Shown: positions 42,501 through 50,998 of the stretch, piece by piece
How positions within the stretch are numbered: position 1 is the first letter of the stretch
Layout of the letters: each line of letters begins with the position of its first letter
Source: Gemmataceae bacterium
GTDB taxonomy: Bacteria; Planctomycetota; Planctomycetia; Gemmatales; Gemmataceae
Assembly: GCA_046297495.1 (NCBI GenBank)
Contig: JBKBIP010000001.1
Coordinates: 201,153-265,152 of the forward strand
Direction of reading: 5' to 3'
DNA: 64,000 bases
Made by a program: the position numbers and the translations under genes
The notes under the pieces: model-generated
What the model was told of the DNA's origin: nothing
Database searches by the model: none
What the model saw: the letters and a program-made list of their open reading frames with translations, nothing else

Positions 42501-42889
42501 AGACGAGCGGCCGCCTGAATTTCCCGACGGAAGCGCTTGACGGCCAATTCGTTGGCCACGTGCGCCTTGCGAATGACTTTCAAGGCCACGATCCGGCCCA
42601 TGTGGACATGGTGGGCCTTGAAGACTTGCCCCATCCCCCCTTCACCCAGCCGTTCCAGCAGGATGTAGGAGCCAAGTACCAATCCCTGGCCATTGCCCTG
42701 AAAAATCTGGTTGATCTGATACGCTGTCATCCAGCCCAGTTGCAGCACCTGCCGGGCCAGCTGGCGTGGGTCGGAGAAACGCCCTTGCAGCTTGGCCAAT
42801 TCCTCAAGTTGGTCCACGTCCAGCAACTGGTTATCGCGCACCACTTGCACGAAACGCGCTATGTTATCAATCGTGCCGGTGCTAGACAT
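39509..42889 (-). CDS. Serine/threonine protein kinase fused to a transmembrane segment and a large WD40 beta-propeller region
   Basis: Kinase subdomains LGEGGMGQVFKA, VALKVI, HRDIKPGNLL, DMGVARL and GTPDYMAPE. A hydrophobic helix (WLTGGALLALCVVASVAWLAI) follows. The C-terminal half has many WD40 units. Confidence 0.85.
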   Translation of the reverse strand: MSSTGTIDNIARFVQVVRDNQLLDVDQLEELAKLQGRFSDPRQLARQVLQLGWMTAYQINQIFQGNGQGLVLGSYILLERLGEGGMGQVFKAHHVHMGRIVALKVIRKAHVANELAVKRFRREIQAAARLSHPNIVAAFDANQVGDTHFFVMEYVDGIDLGKLIRESGPLPVPQACDIIRQAALGLQHAFEKGLVHRDIKPGNLLIAKPTSDGQAVVKILDMGVARLVETNLDDTATHLTQDGKVVGTPDYMAPEQARNSSTIDIRADLYSLGCTLFFTLTGKVVFSGGTAMEKLLRHQTDPPPAIETLRSDLPPALGLILRRLLAKKPEQRYQTPAELAAALEPFCGQVPMAVVVPNVAEAAPLAVFADLETAVVSVETTPQARPPAPSQPTASPVSARARYQAQKRRQVWLTGGALLALCVVASVAWLAISLTQNEPPPNPTPPVQQRDLPFLDRFGSAQIPASERVARQPRELVAVLGEHRGRNWQPIRTLGYTADGQNIVTVGTDQVIRLWDAQTLHERRVIGEPLLGKAYFHGAISPDGKYVAQAWSDDGVVGYFAGRLRVWDTSTGRERLPLRELTPSIRSLAFSPNSRSLLTIDGRSLGNYYDLETGNPPRRWFSDLPGRSTGSLAFSPDDKLVAMICWQLENLESRTVIHLWDTAEKKYLEPIPLGSRIYAARALTFDSQGQQLAAVSQLGQESIIRVWNPYTGKELYSFDENASVQDLKFTPDGQGLIAASADRGLRWWQLDGGPLSRPVFLRGEHAPLQTLAFSPDGRTVAAGGNDQLIHTWNTLTKKPLNDFQGTIGPIDDLVVTPDHQTVAAISPESNGTKIVKGCRIWNLSPTNSTSHSFRDSQGEITSLALAADKQWLLIGGRFDQVASRGFVQLRDLSGKGRSPLTVASDLSEVRRVAISADGRNMAALTTTGTIKIWNEKRKEIASFTHTPYFNMVDFLAFTPDGNTLAYIVHEIGDDSRLNGVLYWWDVRKEKERTQRLDGSGRIERTMLSPDGNTLVTMSNHGRGGQQSLTIRLWNTATGAPLATLEDDLPHGMNAFAFSPNSQLLAGATTTGQLYIWSLQTNKRQSTMPLPGPAHSLAFASDNRHLFTGNGNGTIYLIRLLSHYLAN

Positions 42890-43209
42890 AATGTCAACCT
42901 ATGGCTTGGTGCGACTCCGTGGAAACTTTCCGGGAACATGACGGGCGTATGAACCTATCCTAACCGATGTCGAAGCTCAATCCAGTGAAAATTCGTATTG
43001 AAAAGATGATTATCCGAAGATGCTCCAACTGGTTCGTGAACCGGAAAATCAGAAGGACTATTCCCAACAATCCGCCGCGCGATTAGACTGTGCGTTTGTC
43101 CCCCCCATGACGTGATGGGAATGGACCTCCACGGTGCGAAACCGTCTGTCAGCGTTGGAACCGCTTGCGTTCGTGATCACTCCCCGATGATTTTCAAGGA
43201 ACTGACCTC

Positions 43210-45198
43210 ATGCAATCATTCCTACCATACCGTTGGCCGCTAAGTTTCATCGTGTGTTGGGCTAGCTGGACCGTATTCCCGCTCATGGCTCAGGACAAGC
43301 CTTTATCGCATCCCCCGTTGCGGGCCGCGCCGGCGCCCAGTCAGCGACCGCTCGCCGAAGGACCGAGAGTCTTCGTCGATGCCCAGAAGGGGGACGATAC
43401 CAGCGACGGCAGCCAGGACAAACCCTGGCGGACCCTGAAACACGCCCTGGAGCAAGCCGAGCCAGGCGCCACCATTCACCTGCGTGGCGGCACCTACTAC
43501 GAGCAAGTCCGCATCAGCCGGCAAGCACGAGCCGACGCTCCGTTGACCATTCGCTCATATCCGGGGGAGCAGGCCATTCTTGACGGCGGCTTCCGCGAGT
43601 TCTTCGAGGAACCCGCCACGGCCTGGCATCCCATCCAGGGCAGCCACGGTGAGTATCGGTCCGCGCGCGCCTATCCAAACCTACGCACGGTGCTGGGATT
43701 GTTCGGCGATTCGATGATCGGTTTGAACACTTACTATCATGCCCAAGATATGCGGGCGACCAACGAGCTTTGGGACCTGCAAGACGAAGCCAATCCCAAA
43801 ACCAGCGACGTCAAGCCGGTCTGGTGTGGTCCCGGCTTGTGGTACAACCCGTGCGATGGCCGGATTCACATTCGCTTGGCCCACACACATCTACCGGCTA
43901 GCCCCAATTATCGGGGGGAAACCGATCCGCGCCGCATTCCCCTGGTCATCGCCCCGTTTCACGCCTGTCCGCTGACATTTGATGGGGCTAGTCATATCCA
44001 GATTCAAGACTTGGTCATTCGCGGCGGCGGCTATGACACCATCATTTGCCGTCAAGCCAGCAACATCGTATTCGATAATGTCACCATCTGGTGCGGCACC
44101 TACGGCATGCGCTTGATCGGCACGCGCCAGTTCAAGCTGTTGCATTCGGGACTGTACGGCAGCGTGCCGCCGTGGACGTTTCGCGGCGACACCAGCCTGC
44201 GCAGCTATCCGGGCCGGCCCTTCCGGGACATCACGCGCCTGGGAACGCACGCTTTGTTGGTTGGCGACGCGGGGCGGGAGTTCTCCGTGTACTATTTGCC
44301 GCGCAACGATGATTGGGAGATCGCCTACTGCGAATTTTGCGACGCTCACGACGGCCCCTACCTGGGGGGCGTGAATCTGCGGTTCCATCATAACTGGGTC
44401 CACACGTTGCAGGACGACGGCATTTATTTAAGCCCCATGTATGAGCCGTCCAGTTATTTGAAAACAGAGATTCACGTATATCAAAATCTATTCAGCGGCT
44501 GTTTGACGACCTTGGCGTTTGGTGGATCGGAAGAGACCAAGGATGTCATCTATATCTACCGCAACATCTTCGACCTCCGCGCCCCGATTCCGACAAGCCG
44601 GCCATCGTCGCGTAATCCGCAAGGCGGATATTCGAGCGGCAAGATCATCGGCGATCACGGCTCCCCCCCTTGGCCGACCATGTACATCTATCATAATACA
44701 GTCATCGCCAGCGCCGCGCGCTTTGGGGACATGTCGCTGTTGGGATCGGCAACCTCTGAACGTCCTCGACGGTTGTTCAACAACATCATCGTTCACTTGG
44801 ACCGGCTGCCGGCCCTGCGCGTGCCCAGCGTGGAAGCCGCCCATTTCGACGGCAACTTGTACGGGGCGCCGAACGTGGACGAGAAACAAGCCGCCGCTTT
44901 TTTCCAGCGCTTCCGCGCCACGCCAGCCTACGCCGAGAGCAAGAAGGTCTATCCCCCTGGCTGCACCACGCATTCGCGGGTGGCCGACCCACGTTTCTCC
45001 CAGCTGACCGCCGATGCCACCGTCAAGAATGACTATCGCTTGACCAAGAACAGCCCCGCCGTGAACGCGGGAGTCCCCCTGCCCGCCGACTGGCCCGACC
45101 CATTGCGCGACCAGGACCAGGGACAGCCGGACATCGGCGCCCTCCCCTTGGGAGCGGCGCTGTTTCCCGTCGGCCGCGCGGCGGGGACGCGGGAATGA
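43210..45198 (+). CDS. Secreted right-handed parallel beta-helix protein (pectate-lyase-fold / DUF1565-like carbohydrate-active enzyme)
   Basis: Signal peptide MQSFLPYRWPLSFIVCWASWTVFPLMA. An N-terminal DGSQDKPWRTLKHALEQAEPGATIHLRGGTYYE block is typical of beta-helix lyase/hydrolase N-termini. An AAGGAA RBS is present. Confidence 0.6.
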   Translation: MQSFLPYRWPLSFIVCWASWTVFPLMAQDKPLSHPPLRAAPAPSQRPLAEGPRVFVDAQKGDDTSDGSQDKPWRTLKHALEQAEPGATIHLRGGTYYEQVRISRQARADAPLTIRSYPGEQAILDGGFREFFEEPATAWHPIQGSHGEYRSARAYPNLRTVLGLFGDSMIGLNTYYHAQDMRATNELWDLQDEANPKTSDVKPVWCGPGLWYNPCDGRIHIRLAHTHLPASPNYRGETDPRRIPLVIAPFHACPLTFDGASHIQIQDLVIRGGGYDTIICRQASNIVFDNVTIWCGTYGMRLIGTRQFKLLHSGLYGSVPPWTFRGDTSLRSYPGRPFRDITRLGTHALLVGDAGREFSVYYLPRNDDWEIAYCEFCDAHDGPYLGGVNLRFHHNWVHTLQDDGIYLSPMYEPSSYLKTEIHVYQNLFSGCLTTLAFGGSEETKDVIYIYRNIFDLRAPIPTSRPSSRNPQGGYSSGKIIGDHGSPPWPTMYIYHNTVIASAARFGDMSLLGSATSERPRRLFNNIIVHLDRLPALRVPSVEAAHFDGNLYGAPNVDEKQAAAFFQRFRATPAYAESKKVYPPGCTTHSRVADPRFSQLTADATVKNDYRLTKNSPAVNAGVPLPADWPDPLRDQDQGQPDIGALPLGAALFPVGRAAGTRE

Positions 45199-45232
45199 CC
45201 ACCAGAAGTCAAGGGAAAGTGAGGACATCCGC

Positions 45233-46156
45233 ATGAGTCGCAGTCAACGCTACAAGGACATTCAACTGGCCCAGTTGCGCGGCTTCACGTTGGCGGCGAC
45301 GGAAGGGAATTTCACCACGGCGGCCAAGGCGCTGGGGACGTCGGTCCCCACCGTCTGGCAGCAAGTGCGGGCGCTGGAGCACAAGCTCGGCGCGACGTTG
45401 ATCTGGCGGCGCGGTCGGCTGTTGGAATTGACACCGGAAGGCCGATTGTTGCTGGAGCTGATCCAGCCGCATGTCAACGCCCTGGATTCGCTGGAACGGC
45501 TGTTCGAGACGAGACGCGCCGAGCTGCCGCAACAGCTCAACGTCGCCGCCACCTATTATCTCTTCGCCGACCATCTGCCGGCCTGCTTTCAAGAATTCAC
45601 CGCCCAGCATCCGACCGTGCGCCTCAATCTGCGCGCTTCCATCTGGCCTGACGTGGTGCGCGCCGTGGAACGGGGCGAGGTCGATCTGGGTCTGGTTTCC
45701 TACGCTCCCGAAGCGCCGCGCAGCCCGCACTTGTCCTATGAGCCAATCTTTCCTCTATATTTCACGCTGTTCACGTCGAATCGGCATCCGCTGGCCCGTA
45801 AGAAGCGCGTCACCCCCGCCGATCTGGTGCAGTATCCGATCATCTCCTCCACCAAAGCGACATTTGGCCATCAAACCCTAGAGCGGATTCTGCGCAAGCA
45901 CGATCTGTTTGAGCGCATCCACGTCATTATGGAAAGTCCCAGCACCGACCTATTGCGGAAGTACGTCGCGCTGGATTTGGGGATCGCCCTTGCCTATGTC
46001 AGCGAGCGCAATCCCCCCTTTCCCGGCCTGACTTGGCGCATCTTCGATCCCACCCTGGAGCCGGTGCTTGTGTACTTGATCCATCGCAAAGGAGCGCACC
46101 TATCCAGCCCGGTGCTGGCATTTCGAGAGGTGGTGCGAAGTTTGTTGGGGAAGTGA
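45233..46156 (+). CDS. LysR-family transcriptional regulator
   Basis: N-terminal HTH LRGFTLAATEGNFTTAAKALGTSVPTVWQQVRALEHKLGATLIWRRGR, followed by a LysR substrate-binding domain. Confidence 0.85.
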   Translation: MSRSQRYKDIQLAQLRGFTLAATEGNFTTAAKALGTSVPTVWQQVRALEHKLGATLIWRRGRLLELTPEGRLLLELIQPHVNALDSLERLFETRRAELPQQLNVAATYYLFADHLPACFQEFTAQHPTVRLNLRASIWPDVVRAVERGEVDLGLVSYAPEAPRSPHLSYEPIFPLYFTLFTSNRHPLARKKRVTPADLVQYPIISSTKATFGHQTLERILRKHDLFERIHVIMESPSTDLLRKYVALDLGIALAYVSERNPPFPGLTWRIFDPTLEPVLVYLIHRKGAHLSSPVLAFREVVRSLLGK

Positions 46157-46316
46157 GACATTAACCAAGCCATTGCCATCTTATTGTTGTTCGTCACCAC
46201 TGGGAACAAGTCATCGGCCAAGGCGTCGGCTGCCACCGCCACGTCATCCTCGTCGTACTCGGCACGGTAGATCCAGAAAAAAATGACCGCATCGCTCCCG
46301 ACCCCTTATTCTTCCC

Positions 46317-47399
46317 TCACCGTTGAATCCGCGCCGAGCCGCCTTGAGCGAACGCTTTCACCTGCTCCAAGGTGGCCATTGTCGTGTCACCGGGGAAGGT
46401 GGTGAGCAAGGCGCCGTGTGCCCAGCCAAGTTTGAGTGCCTCTTCCGGCGTCTCCCCCGTCATCAGGCCATAGAAGAATCCGGAGGCAAACCCGTCCCCG
46501 CCGCCGACGCGGTCATGGACATCGAGATCGCAGGTCAAGGAGATATGCGTCTTGCCGCCGACCCAGGCCACCGCGCCCCAACTGTGCCGGGTCGTGGAAT
46601 GGACCTCCCGCAAGGTAGTGGCCACGACTTTGATATTCGGGTGCTGTTTCACCACGTTGTCGATCATGCCAAAAAAGGCGCTGGGATCGAGCTTGGACTT
46701 GGCGGCTACCTCCGGGCCAGGGACGCCCAGTCCTTTTTGCAATTCCTCTTCGTTGCCGACCAGGACGTCCACATGTTCGACGATCCGACGGATCACTTGC
46801 TGGGCACGTTCGACGCCGCCGGAGATTTTCCAGATTTTCTCACGGTAATTCAGATCGAAAGACACTACCGCTCCCGCTGCCTTGGCCGCCTGCATCCCCT
46901 CGATGATCACTTCGGGGGTAGTCGGGGACAGCGAGGCGAAAATGCAGCCACTATGAAACCAGCGTACCCCGTCAGCGAAGATGTCCTTCCAGGGGAAGTC
47001 CCCCGGCTTGAGCTGGGCCGCCGCCTCGTTGGCACGGTTGTAAAACACCACCGGGGCGCGGACGCCATGCCCCCGGTCGCTATAGACCGTGGCCATGTTG
47101 GGTCCGGTGACGCCGTTATGGGCGAAATGCTTGTAGAACGGTTTGACCCCCATCGCCCGCACGCGCTCGGCAATCAGATCGCCAATCGGGTAATCGACCA
47201 TCGCCGTGGCAATGCCGGTTTTCAGGCGGAAGCAATCGGACAGATTGGCGGCCACATTGAACTCGCCGCCGCTCACATGAATTTGACACTCAGACGCCTT
47301 GCGGAACGGAATGATCCCTGGATCAAGACGATGGACCAACGCGCCCAACGCCAGAAAATCCAGCGCGCCGCTGGGGGGAATGTTGAGATTGTGGGACAT
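46317..47399 (-). CDS. PfkB-family sugar kinase, 2-dehydro-3-deoxygluconokinase (KdgK)-like
   Basis: GAGGAG RBS. The fold shows ribokinase/PfkB signatures (GGEFNVAANL, and DRVGGGDGFASGFFYG, the anion-hole GG/DTxGAGD-like motif). Confidence 0.75.
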   Translation of the reverse strand: MSHNLNIPPSGALDFLALGALVHRLDPGIIPFRKASECQIHVSGGEFNVAANLSDCFRLKTGIATAMVDYPIGDLIAERVRAMGVKPFYKHFAHNGVTGPNMATVYSDRGHGVRAPVVFYNRANEAAAQLKPGDFPWKDIFADGVRWFHSGCIFASLSPTTPEVIIEGMQAAKAAGAVVSFDLNYREKIWKISGGVERAQQVIRRIVEHVDVLVGNEEELQKGLGVPGPEVAAKSKLDPSAFFGMIDNVVKQHPNIKVVATTLREVHSTTRHSWGAVAWVGGKTHISLTCDLDVHDRVGGGDGFASGFFYGLMTGETPEEALKLGWAHGALLTTFPGDTTMATLEQVKAFAQGGSARIQR

Positions 47400-47477
47400 A
47401 CAGGTTACTCCTCAATATGCTCAATATGCTCGCCGTTGGCTCGCACGCTAAACGTTCGTTCGTGAATCCACTCTCTC

Positions 47478-48299
47478 TCATATGGTCACCGCCGAAAATC
47501 CGCCGTCCACAGCGATGTTTTGGCCGGTGACGAACGAGGCGGCGCGTGGGGCGGCCAACCAGATGACGACGCCGGCCAGCTCGTGGGCTTCGCCGAAGCG
47601 CCGCATCGGCGTGTGGCCGATGATTTGCTGGCTGCGTTCGGTGTAGCTGCCGTCGGGGTTGAACAACATGGCTCGGTTCTGCTCGGCGGGGAAGAAGCCG
47701 GGGCTGATGGCGTTGACGCGAATCCCCTGGGTCGCCCACTCGCGGGCCAGGAATTTCGTCAGGTTGATGACCGCCGCCTTGGCCGCTGAATACGCTACCA
47801 CGCGCGACAACGGCGTCATGCCGGACATGGAGGCGATGTTGATGACACTGCCTCGCCCCGCCGCCAGCATGGTTTCGCCGAAGACCTGGCTTGGCAACAG
47901 CACGCCCCCCACCAGGTTCAAATCGAACACGTCGCGCCAGGCTTCCAAGGGGAGTTGGCAAAAATCCCCGCCGGGTTGCAACGTCGCCTCAGGTCGATTG
48001 CCACCGGCAGCGTTCACCAACACGCTGACCGTCCCCCATTGGTGGACGATGGCATCGCGGGCGCGGGCCAGCGCGGCGCGATCCATCGCGTCTGCGGCTT
48101 GAAACAGCGCTTGACCGCCGGCTGCCTCGATGTGCCGCACGCGCTCTTGGCCGCGCTCGGCGTTGCGACCGACGATGGCCACCCGCGCCCCCGCGCTGGC
48201 CAACGCCTCCGCCATGCCGCCCCCCAGTACCCCCGTCCCGCCTACGATGACGGCGACTTCTTGATCTAAATGGAAAAGATCAGATGACATAGGTTTCAT
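47478..48299 (-). CDS. SDR-family oxidoreductase (KduD/UxuB-like)
   Basis: VAVIVGGTGVLGGGMAEALA Rossmann motif, NAAG, and YSAAKAAV (catalytic Y..K). The start is probably ATG at 48299 (MKPMSSD) or 48290, not the ORF-track 48353. Confidence 0.75.
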   Translation of the reverse strand: MKPMSSDLFHLDQEVAVIVGGTGVLGGGMAEALASAGARVAIVGRNAERGQERVRHIEAAGGQALFQAADAMDRAALARARDAIVHQWGTVSVLVNAAGGNRPEATLQPGGDFCQLPLEAWRDVFDLNLVGGVLLPSQVFGETMLAAGRGSVINIASMSGMTPLSRVVAYSAAKAAVINLTKFLAREWATQGIRVNAISPGFFPAEQNRAMLFNPDGSYTERSQQIIGHTPMRRFGEAHELAGVVIWLAAPRAASFVTGQNIAVDGGFSAVTI

Positions 48300-48366
48300 G
48301 GTGTATAAACAAGATGTTGTGTGTGGCTTGCCTGCGGCAAGTCCGCTAAACACGGATCACGGATCA

Positions 48367-49275
48367 CTACCGCTTAATTCCTGACAGCGCTTCCAGCGCC
48401 AGCATCAGCGCTTGCGTCCCCTTGCGGCCATAACCTTGCGCTTTGAGGGCCATGTACAATTGATGGACCAAGGCCAAGCCGGGCATGGACAGGTTCATGC
48501 GTTTGGCTTCGTCCAGGGCGATCCCCATGTCCTTGATGAAGTGCTCGACGAAAAAGCCCGGCTCGAAGTCCCCTTTCAGCAGGCGCGGCGCATAGATGTC
48601 GAGCGACTTGCTGCCAGCGGCCCCGGTGCTGACGGATTTGAGCACGGTTTCCAAGTCCAGCCCCGCTTTGTGAGCGTAGATTAGTGCCTCGCACATGCTG
48701 ACCATGGTACCGGAGATCAGGATTTGATTGACCATCTTGGTGTGCTGCCCCGCGCCAGCCGGCCCCTGATGCACGATGGTTTTGCCCATGCACTCGAACA
48801 AGGGGCGGATGGCTTCCACATCCTCGGCGTCGCCACCAATCATGATGGACAGAGCGGCGTTCTTGGCCCCCACGTCGCCACCGGATACCGGGGCGTCAAT
48901 ACTGGCCACCCCTTTGGCCTTGGCGGCTTCGTAGATCTCACGGGCCAACGATGGTTCACTCGTTGTCATGTCCACCAAGGCACACCCCGCCCGGCAGCCG
49001 GCCAACGCGCCGTCGGGGCCAAGGAACACCTCGCGCACGTCCGCCGGGAAGCCGACGATGGCGAAGATGACGTCGGCTTGCTCGGCCACCGCTTTCGGCG
49101 ACGGCGCATAAGCCGCCCCCGCGTCGATCAGCGCCTGGGCTTTGTCCTTGGAGCGGTTATAGACCGTCGCTTTGTAGCCCTTGTTCATGATGTGTTGGCA
49201 CATCGACCGGCCCATAACTCCGGTACCGATCCAGCCGATGCGCGTTTTACCCGGTTCCACCTTGTTGATTGGCAT
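48367..49275 (-). CDS. NAD-dependent beta-hydroxyacid dehydrogenase (3-hydroxyisobutyrate / tartronate-semialdehyde reductase, GarR-like)
   Basis: [13 protein letters not shown] dinucleotide fold. The catalytic Lys region is KMVNQ. Architecture is 6PGDH-like. A GAGGA RBS is present. Confidence 0.8.
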   Translation of the reverse strand: MPINKVEPGKTRIGWIGTGVMGRSMCQHIMNKGYKATVYNRSKDKAQALIDAGAAYAPSPKAVAEQADVIFAIVGFPADVREVFLGPDGALAGCRAGCALVDMTTSEPSLAREIYEAAKAKGVASIDAPVSGGDVGAKNAALSIMIGGDAEDVEAIRPLFECMGKTIVHQGPAGAGQHTKMVNQILISGTMVSMCEALIYAHKAGLDLETVLKSVSTGAAGSKSLDIYAPRLLKGDFEPGFFVEHFIKDMGIALDEAKRMNLSMPGLALVHQLYMALKAQGYGRKGTQALMLALEALSGIKR

Positions 49276-49449
49276 GATGTCCTCGTCGTTTCAGGTGCGA
49301 AACTCACTGTGGGGATCTAACCGGCGCTTATGGTAGCGGCGGACGGAACGAGCGGCAAATGGATTGCGCGGAAGAACTGCTTGGAAATCGGCGAAACCCC
49401 ATATAAAATTCATCAGGTCTTCATGGCTTTTTCATCCTTGAGGAAACCG

Positions 49450-50211
49450 ATGAGCTTACCGCGTTTAGGTGCGCCGATTGTGCTGGTGCATGGCATTCTG
49501 GGCTTTGGTGAATTACGTCTCGGCAAGTGGACCTTGGCCCGCTACTTTCGGGACATTCCCACGTATTTGCGCGCGTCCGGCAATCGGGTGCTGGTGGCTT
49601 GTCTGAGTCCAACCGGCGGCGTGGCCGAGCGCGCCGAGCAGCTGAAGCGTTTCCTCCGCGAGCACGCCAGCAACGAGGCAGTGCATCTGATCGCGCATAG
49701 CATGGGGGGCTTGGATGCCCGCTACATGATCTCGCGTCTGGATATGGCCCCGCAGGTGCTATCGTTGACCACCATCGGTACGCCGCACCGGGGCAGCCCG
49801 TTCGCCGATTGGGGCGTCCGCCGTTTGGAACGGCTGGTGAAGCCACTGATGCGCGTGCTGCACGTTTCTCCCCAAGGTTTTTACGATCTGACGACGACCA
49901 GCTGCCAGCGCTTCAACGACCAGACGCCGGACAAGCGGAACGTGCGGTATTTCGCCGTGGCCTCGCGTTGGGAACGGCGGCCGCCGAATCCGCTCTTCGA
50001 TTTCCCTCAGCGCATCGTTTATGACGAGGAAGGCCCCAATGATGGCGTGGTGTCCTTGCATTCCGCCGCTTATGGGGAAAACCTGGAGGTTTGGGAAGGA
50101 GATCACCTCAGCCTGATTCACTGGCACTATCCCCCCTGCGCCAGCCGCGCCCCCGACCGCCACCTCAGCTACGGCGGCTTGGTGCGCCGTTTGGCGGCTG
50201 AAGGGTTTTGA
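49450..50211 (+). CDS. Alpha/beta-hydrolase lipase/esterase (lipase class 2-like)
   Basis: IVLVHGILGFG oxyanion region and the HLIAHSMGG nucleophile elbow are present. The RBS ttgaggaaacc precedes the ATG at 49450. Confidence 0.75.
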   Translation: MSLPRLGAPIVLVHGILGFGELRLGKWTLARYFRDIPTYLRASGNRVLVACLSPTGGVAERAEQLKRFLREHASNEAVHLIAHSMGGLDARYMISRLDMAPQVLSLTTIGTPHRGSPFADWGVRRLERLVKPLMRVLHVSPQGFYDLTTTSCQRFNDQTPDKRNVRYFAVASRWERRPPNPLFDFPQRIVYDEEGPNDGVVSLHSAAYGENLEVWEGDHLSLIHWHYPPCASRAPDRHLSYGGLVRRLAAEGF

Positions 50212-50314
50212 GGGGGATTCCGAGACTGCGCTCACCAACGCTGACTCACCAAATACTTCTCAGGCATCGTGCTGGCCGTCACGGAAAATCCGAGTATTTT
50301 TGTTGGCAAAATGA

Positions 50315-50343
50315 TTGTTGCCGTTTTCCCGTGGAGTTATAAT
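50315..50343 (+). promoter_or_regulatory. Candidate sigma70-like promoter upstream of hicBA
   Basis: TTGTTG-17 bp-TATAAT, with a perfect -10 hexamer at 50338-50343. A direct repeat TTGTTGGC / TTGTTGCC overlaps the -35 region. Confidence 0.35.
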
Positions 50344-50495
50344 TCCCCTATCAAAATACCGCATGGAAAATGCTCTTGCCCGTGTGCTCTCTCCGACGTG
50401 ATCTGCGGATTTTCGCCCAGCGTATGTTAGGGTCGCCTACCCTCGTGAGTGATGCTTCTATAAGGTTATCCATCATAATTTTGGAGGTTCGTGCC

Positions 50496-50687
50496 GTGCG
50501 CTATCGTGTCCTGATTGAGCAGGATGAAGATAGCATCTTCGTCGCCGAAGTTCCCGCGCTTCCTGGTTGTATTTCGCAAGGGAAAACACGGTCTGAAGCA
50601 ATCGCGGGGTACGTGGAGAGTCTACCAGCTCATGATGAGCCAGTTCCACCGTCTATCTCCGAGGAGGTCGTCGAGGTCAAGCCATGA
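50496..50687 (+). CDS. hicB: HicB-family antitoxin (type II toxin-antitoxin)
   Basis: The GGAGG RBS sits 8 nt before the in-frame GTG at 50496. The product (V/M)RYRVLIEQDEDSIFVAEVPALPGCISQGKTRSEAIAGYVESL carries the HicB/UPF0150 signature. A longer ATG start at 50370 is possible. Confidence 0.7.
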   Translation: MRYRVLIEQDEDSIFVAEVPALPGCISQGKTRSEAIAGYVESLPAHDEPVPPSISEEVVEVKP

Positions 50688-50908
50688 GCTATCTGCCACG
50701 TGTCTCCGGACGCGCGGTGGTCCAGGCACTGGGAAAGCTCGGTTATTACCTGGATTGCCAACGTGGCAGCCCTATGGTGTTGCGTCACGCCGATCCGCCT
50801 CATCGCAGGTTGACCGTGCCAGACCATCCTGAAATTGCCTCCGGAACCTTGCGAGCCATTATTCGACAAGCTGGATTGACCGTCGAGGAATTCAAGAATT
50901 TTCTTTAA
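50684..50908 (+). CDS. hicA: HicA-family mRNA-interferase toxin
   Basis: MSYLPRVSGRAVVQALGKLGYYLDCQRGSPMVLRH...RLTVPDHPEIASGTLRAIIRQAGLTVEEF matches the HicA/YcfA fold consensus. It overlaps hicB in an ATGA. Confidence 0.8.
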   Translation: MSYLPRVSGRAVVQALGKLGYYLDCQRGSPMVLRHADPPHRRLTVPDHPEIASGTLRAIIRQAGLTVEEFKNFL

Positions 50909-50998
50909 ATCGATGAAAGAGCGAATGTTGTCGCAGTGGAACAGGACAGGCCGGCCCAAATTAACAGCAACCATGACACCGAGCTTAGAGGTCATCCC

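Noticed and set aside
46323-47465. 380-aa ORF antisense to the KdgK-like gene
   Set aside because: It is a shadow ORF. The PfkB motifs are on the minus strand.
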